Assembly: GCA_016792685.1 (NCBI GenBank)
Contig: JAEULQ010000134.1
Span: forward strand, 11,240-75,239
Direction of reading: 5' to 3'
DNA length: 64,000 nt
From: Tabrizicola sp.
Lineage (GTDB): Bacteria > Pseudomonadota > Alphaproteobacteria > Rhodobacterales > Rhodobacteraceae
The translations under genes were made by a program, and so were the position numbers. Of the stretch, positions 60,441 to 64,000 are shown in pieces (within the stretch, counting starts at the first letter, position 1; each line of letters starts with the position of its first letter). Under the pieces are notes generated by a model. It did not search any database, had not been told where the DNA came from, and saw only the letters and a program-made list of their open reading frames with translations.

Positions 60441-62522
60441 TCATGGCAAGAGGCTGAGCCCAGGTTCCAGTGCGGCGATCTCGCGGCGGAAAGTGAGGGC
60501 GTCGCCGGGGTCTGGTTGGTCGAGGCCCTCGGCCCAGGCGCGGCCAGCGTAGGTCGCCCAGGCGATCGGGCCGGGGGCGGCGGCGTCGCCGATGAGTTTC
60601 AGCGAGGTGATCCCGGCGGCCTGCCAATCGAGGGCTTTGGTCTGGTGATAGAGCACGTCGTTCGGGGATCTTGCGGTGACTAGGACCACGGCATCAGTCG
60701 GCAGGGTGGATTGGCGGCCGGTCCAGGTGCAGCCGAGGGTTAACTCGTTCGCGCCGACGGCTTCCGGGGCCTTGCTGAGGTGCATCTCGACGCCAAGGTC
60801 GAGGAGGCGGCGCATGATCGTGCCCTGTTCCAGCGTGTTGTCGGTCCATTCGGCGACTTTCGCGGCCGGGGTGATCAAATGGACGCGATTGCCCTTCTGG
60901 ACGAGAAGTTCGGCCAGGACCGAGCCCATGTAGAAATGATCGTCGTCGTAAAGCGCGACGGTCTGGCCTGCAGGCGCACGGCCTGCCATCAGGTCGTCGG
61001 GCGTGTAGAGGGCCATCTCCGGATCGGTGGGGATCGGGTGCAGGTGGAGCCGCGCCACTGCGTCGCGGCGCCAGGTGGCCCCGGTAGCGATGGCGACATG
61101 ATCCGCGCCCATGCCAAGGATGTCTTGGGCAGTCAGAGGGCTGTCGCGGTAGATCTCGACGTTCGGCATCGGGGCGAGCTGGCCGGTGCGGTAGTCGGCG
61201 ACGCGGCCCCAGGCCGAAAGGCCGGGGAGCTGGCGTTCCTTTGCGACGCGCCCGCCGAGAGTGGTGGTGGCCTCGGCGAGGGTGACCCTGTAGCCGCGCT
61301 TGGCGGCCTGGAGGGCGGCTTCAAGGCCCGTGGGGCCCGCGCCCACGATGAGGACCGATTCCGAGGCGCCTTTCGGTCGAGCGCGTTCGGGATGCCAGCC
61401 CTTGCGCCATTCCTCCATGAAGGCGGAGTTCTGGGTGCAGCGGGAGATGGCTCCGGTCATGTCACCGGAGACGCAGATGTTGCAGCCGATGCATTCGCGG
61501 ATGTCTTCATATCGGCCCTCTTCGACCTTCTTGGGAAGGAATGGATCGGCGATGCTGGGCCTGGCAGCGCCGATGAAGTCGAGAATGCCCGCCTTGATCT
61601 GGCGGACCATCGCGTCGGGAGAGGTGAAGCGGCCGACGCCGACGACGGGTTTCGGGGTCAGTTCCTTGATGCCGCGGACGAGGTCCTCCTGCGCGCCCTC
61701 GGGCTTGAAGCGCGAGGTGCCGGAGCAGGCCTCCCAGGTGCCATGGGCGAGGTCCCAGAGGTCGGGAAGCTCGGCGTGCATCTCGATGAAGTCGCGCAGT
61801 TCGGCGTTGGAGAAGCCGTAACTGCCAGCCTCGTGCAGCGACATGCGGAGGGTGACCGCAAGTTCTCCCTTTGTGGTTTCCCTCATGTCTTCAACGATTT
61901 CCCGTAGAAACCTCGAGCGGTTTGTGAGGTTCCCACCGTATTCGTCGCTGCGCTGGTTGGTGGCGCGGGAGAGGAAGTGTTGCAGGATCCCGAAGCCATG
62001 CGCGCCGTAGAGGCAGATCAGATCGAAGCCTGCCTGCTGGCTGCGGCGGAAAGCATTCCGGAACCAGAGGCGGAGGTTGCGGATATCTTCCTTGTCCATG
62101 GTGCGGGCCTGGACCGGGTCGGAAGTGAAGGTCAGGATCGGCCCGCCCGTCACGGCCAGCGGCACCTCGCGGGAGTAGAGGTTCGGGCCGTTGATCCCGG
62201 AATAGGCCAACTGGATGCCGGCCAGCGCACCGTGGCTTTTCATCGCTTCGGCCATGCGGGCCAATGCGGGCAGGTCGCGGTCGTCCCAGAGGTGCTGCTC
62301 GATGAAGGGGGTGATTTCCGAGGTCGGATGGATCTCGGTCTGTTCGGTGAAGATCACGCCCCAGCCCCCCTCGGCCTTGGTGCGGCGCATTTCAACCACG
62401 GCGGAGGGGTCGCGATAGCCGCCGCCGTTGCAATGCGGGACCTGGTAGAAGCGGTTCTTCGCGGTCTTGGGGCCGATCTGGAGCGGCGTGAAGAGGATAT
62501 CGTGGCGGGGGTCGCGAGGCAT
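60441..62522 (-). CDS. Histamine/trimethylamine dehydrogenase-family flavoenzyme (6-S-cysteinyl-FMN, 4Fe-4S)
   Basis: KNRFYQVPHCNG (FMN-binding Cys), LYGAHG, NQRSDEYGG, ARPSIADP, CIGCNIC-x11-C cluster motif and VGAGPTG ADP-binding domain. 693 aa. Confidence 0.88.
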   Translation of the reverse strand: MPRDPRHDILFTPLQIGPKTAKNRFYQVPHCNGGGYRDPSAVVEMRRTKAEGGWGVIFTEQTEIHPTSEITPFIEQHLWDDRDLPALARMAEAMKSHGALAGIQLAYSGINGPNLYSREVPLAVTGGPILTFTSDPVQARTMDKEDIRNLRLWFRNAFRRSQQAGFDLICLYGAHGFGILQHFLSRATNQRSDEYGGNLTNRSRFLREIVEDMRETTKGELAVTLRMSLHEAGSYGFSNAELRDFIEMHAELPDLWDLAHGTWEACSGTSRFKPEGAQEDLVRGIKELTPKPVVGVGRFTSPDAMVRQIKAGILDFIGAARPSIADPFLPKKVEEGRYEDIRECIGCNICVSGDMTGAISRCTQNSAFMEEWRKGWHPERARPKGASESVLIVGAGPTGLEAALQAAKRGYRVTLAEATTTLGGRVAKERQLPGLSAWGRVADYRTGQLAPMPNVEIYRDSPLTAQDILGMGADHVAIATGATWRRDAVARLHLHPIPTDPEMALYTPDDLMAGRAPAGQTVALYDDDHFYMGSVLAELLVQKGNRVHLITPAAKVAEWTDNTLEQGTIMRRLLDLGVEMHLSKAPEAVGANELTLGCTWTGRQSTLPTDAVVLVTARSPNDVLYHQTKALDWQAAGITSLKLIGDAAAPGPIAWATYAGRAWAEGLDQPDPGDALTFRREIAALEPGLSLLP

Positions 62523-63277
62523 CAGATGGCTCGCAGGTCGGTGGACTGGGTGGAGAGGCGCGCGGGGTCGCGCGTCGGGATTTCAGCGACCAGGAGTGCC
62601 GTGGTTTCGCCGGCCTGAGCCAGGACTTCGCCATGCGGACCAGCGATGAGCGAGGATCCGACATAGGTCAGATCACCCTCGATACCGCAGTAATTGGCAT
62701 AGACGATGGTCAACCCGTGGTTCGCGGCCATGGCAGGAACAGTGTGGCGGGCGACATGGGTGAAGGGGGCCATGTTGGCGGTGGGCGCGAGGATCACGGT
62801 CACGCCTTCATCGGAGAGCGCCTTGATGTGCGGTGCGAACTCCACGTCGTAACATATCATGATTGCAGCGATTTCGTCGCCCAACTGGAAGGTCGTGAAG
62901 CGGTCTCCGGGCGTGAAGATCGCGCGTTCTCGGGGGCCGTAAAGCTGCACCTTGCGATGGTTGGCAACGAGTGTGCCGTCAGGGCCGAAGCAGGCCGCGG
63001 AGTTGTAGGTCCGGTCGCCATCGCGTTCGGCATAGCCAACGACCAGGGCAGTCGCTTTGGCCTTGGCAGCGGCGGCAAGTCGCTGCAGGGGCGGGCTGTC
63101 CTGTGACAGGGCGCGGGCGGGGATGTCGGGCTGGTTATAGCCGGGCAACCAGAGCTCGGGCAGGACCAGCGCGGCGGCCCCCATTGCGGCGGCGGCGGCG
63201 AGCGCGGCTTCGGCCTCAGCCAAGGCGCGGTCGAGATCGGCTTCGGGCGAGCGCCCCTGCCAGACGGCGAGTTTCAT
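62522..63277 (-). CDS. Carbon-nitrogen hydrolase (nitrilase/amidase superfamily)
   Basis: Catalytic triad LPE(LW), HRK(VQL), IC(YDVEF). Stop overlaps the dehydrogenase ATG. AAAGGA RBS. Confidence 0.9.
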   Translation of the reverse strand: MKLAVWQGRSPEADLDRALAEAEAALAAAAAMGAAALVLPELWLPGYNQPDIPARALSQDSPPLQRLAAAAKAKATALVVGYAERDGDRTYNSAACFGPDGTLVANHRKVQLYGPRERAIFTPGDRFTTFQLGDEIAAIMICYDVEFAPHIKALSDEGVTVILAPTANMAPFTHVARHTVPAMAANHGLTIVYANYCGIEGDLTYVGSSLIAGPHGEVLAQAGETTALLVAEIPTRDPARLSTQSTDLRAI

Positions 63278-63336
63278 GAGGAGTCCTTTGAAAATACCCC
63301 TGATTGATTGCAACAAGTCTAGATTCTGTCCGTGCG

Positions 63337-63362
63337 GGGGGTATATACCCCCAACGAGGTAT
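63337..63362. promoter_or_regulatory. Putative operator in divergent amidase/luxR promoter
   Basis: Perfect 16-bp palindrome GGGGGTATATACCCCC (63337-63352) overlapping ATACC-N8-GGTAT (63345-63362). Extra ATACCCC at 63294-63300. Confidence 0.55.
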
Positions 63363-63367
63363 TCCGC

Positions 63368-64000
63368 ATGAACCAGGTCTCTTCCGAACCCGTAGAAGCC
63401 GGAATTGCCGAAGCGATTGCCAGCCTTCGGCAGGAGGGTTTTGCGGCGGCCATCTGGGGTCTGTTCGAAGCGCTGGCCGCGCCGGACAACCTGATCGTGA
63501 TGGCCTATCGCGATTCGGGCCCGCCGCTGGTCTTGCAGCAGAAGGCGACGAATCCGCGGGTCTTTGCCAGACTGGAGACCAGCTATCTGGCGGGGGCCTA
63601 TCGGCTTGATCCCTATTTTGACCTGCATCTGCGACGGGCGGAGGATGGCGCTTACCGGATTCGCGACATCGCTCCGGATGCGTTCCAGAGGAGCCGCTAT
63701 TTCATCGAGTATTTCGCGGAGACCACCCTGATCGACGAGATCGCCTTTGTCCTGACCCTGACCGAAGGCCTGTCGTTGAACCTGTGCCTTGGCCGGGATG
63801 CTGGATCGGGCCGGGCGTTTTCTGCCGCTGATGTCGCAAGGTGCGAGCGGCTTGCGCCCGTCGTGGTCGCTCTGGCCAAGGCGCATTGGCGTGGGCTTGA
63901 GAGCGCGGCGGGGCCGGTTGAGGATACGCCCGGTCTCTTGATCGCGGCGGCGCGGAAGCAGGGGATCGCGCTATCGCCGCGTCAGGCATTGGTGGCGATC
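63368..64000 (+). CDS. LuxR-type HTH regulator (partial, runs off window; absent from ORF track)
   Basis: Hand translation MNQVSSEPVEAGIAEAIASL...YLAGAYRLDPYF...FQRSRYFIEYFAETTLIDEI...LSPRQALVAI. The last motif is the start of a LuxR HTH. GAGGT RBS. Confidence 0.8.
   Translation, partial: MNQVSSEPVEAGIAEAIASLRQEGFAAAIWGLFEALAAPDNLIVMAYRDSGPPLVLQQKATNPRVFARLETSYLAGAYRLDPYFDLHLRRAEDGAYRIRDIAPDAFQRSRYFIEYFAETTLIDEIAFVLTLTEGLSLNLCLGRDAGSGRAFSAADVARCERLAPVVVALAKAHWRGLESAAGPVEDTPGLLIAAARKQGIALSPRQALVAI

Noticed and set aside
60441-62522. Methylotrophic trimethylamine dehydrogenase
   Set aside because: No ETF or C1-metabolism genes are adjacent, and the Hin-like neighbours favour a histamine-type substrate. 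Not excluded without an assay.
62522-63886. ORF-track N-terminal extensions (e.g. 454-aa version of the amidase, 536-aa HmgA, 739-aa GlcB)
   Set aside because: The extensions overlap divergent genes or promoters and lack family similarity. Downstream ATGs with RBS match the expected family starts.

Overview
GC-rich chromosomal segment of an alphaproteobacterium. Gene content and order point to Rhodobacteraceae/Paracoccaceae (inference). It is almost fully coding, with about 60 genes. Most are core or ordinary: the end of soeABC, a phosphohexomutase, pcm-tolC-PopZ-like, ygfZ, an MsbA-like exporter, xerD, aroKB, an ABC exporter, a MoxR/VWA pair, glcB, pepN, gatB and valS. The right-hand 15 kb is catabolic. 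It holds a full homogentisate pathway (Lrp-hppD, hmgA-fahA-MBL hydrolase-FAD monooxygenase-DUF2783, maiA-MarR). Next to it is the most interesting locus, a LuxR-linked operon. This operon combines a histamine/trimethylamine dehydrogenase-family flavoenzyme with homologues of the Pseudomonas imidazole-acetate ring-opening genes (HinL/HinH/HinF-like) and a nitrilase-family amidase, making it a candidate hybrid histamine catabolic pathway. Non-coding structure includes a family of AT-rich tandem double palindromes centred on TTCGAA (3 copies, one translated inside the soeA 3' end), a second dispersed AAATATCCC+hairpin repeat, an 11-bp tandem repeat and several operator-like palindromes. I saw no rRNA, tRNA, CRISPR array, transposase or prophage. 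All family assignments come from motif recognition and recalled family features, not from database searches.
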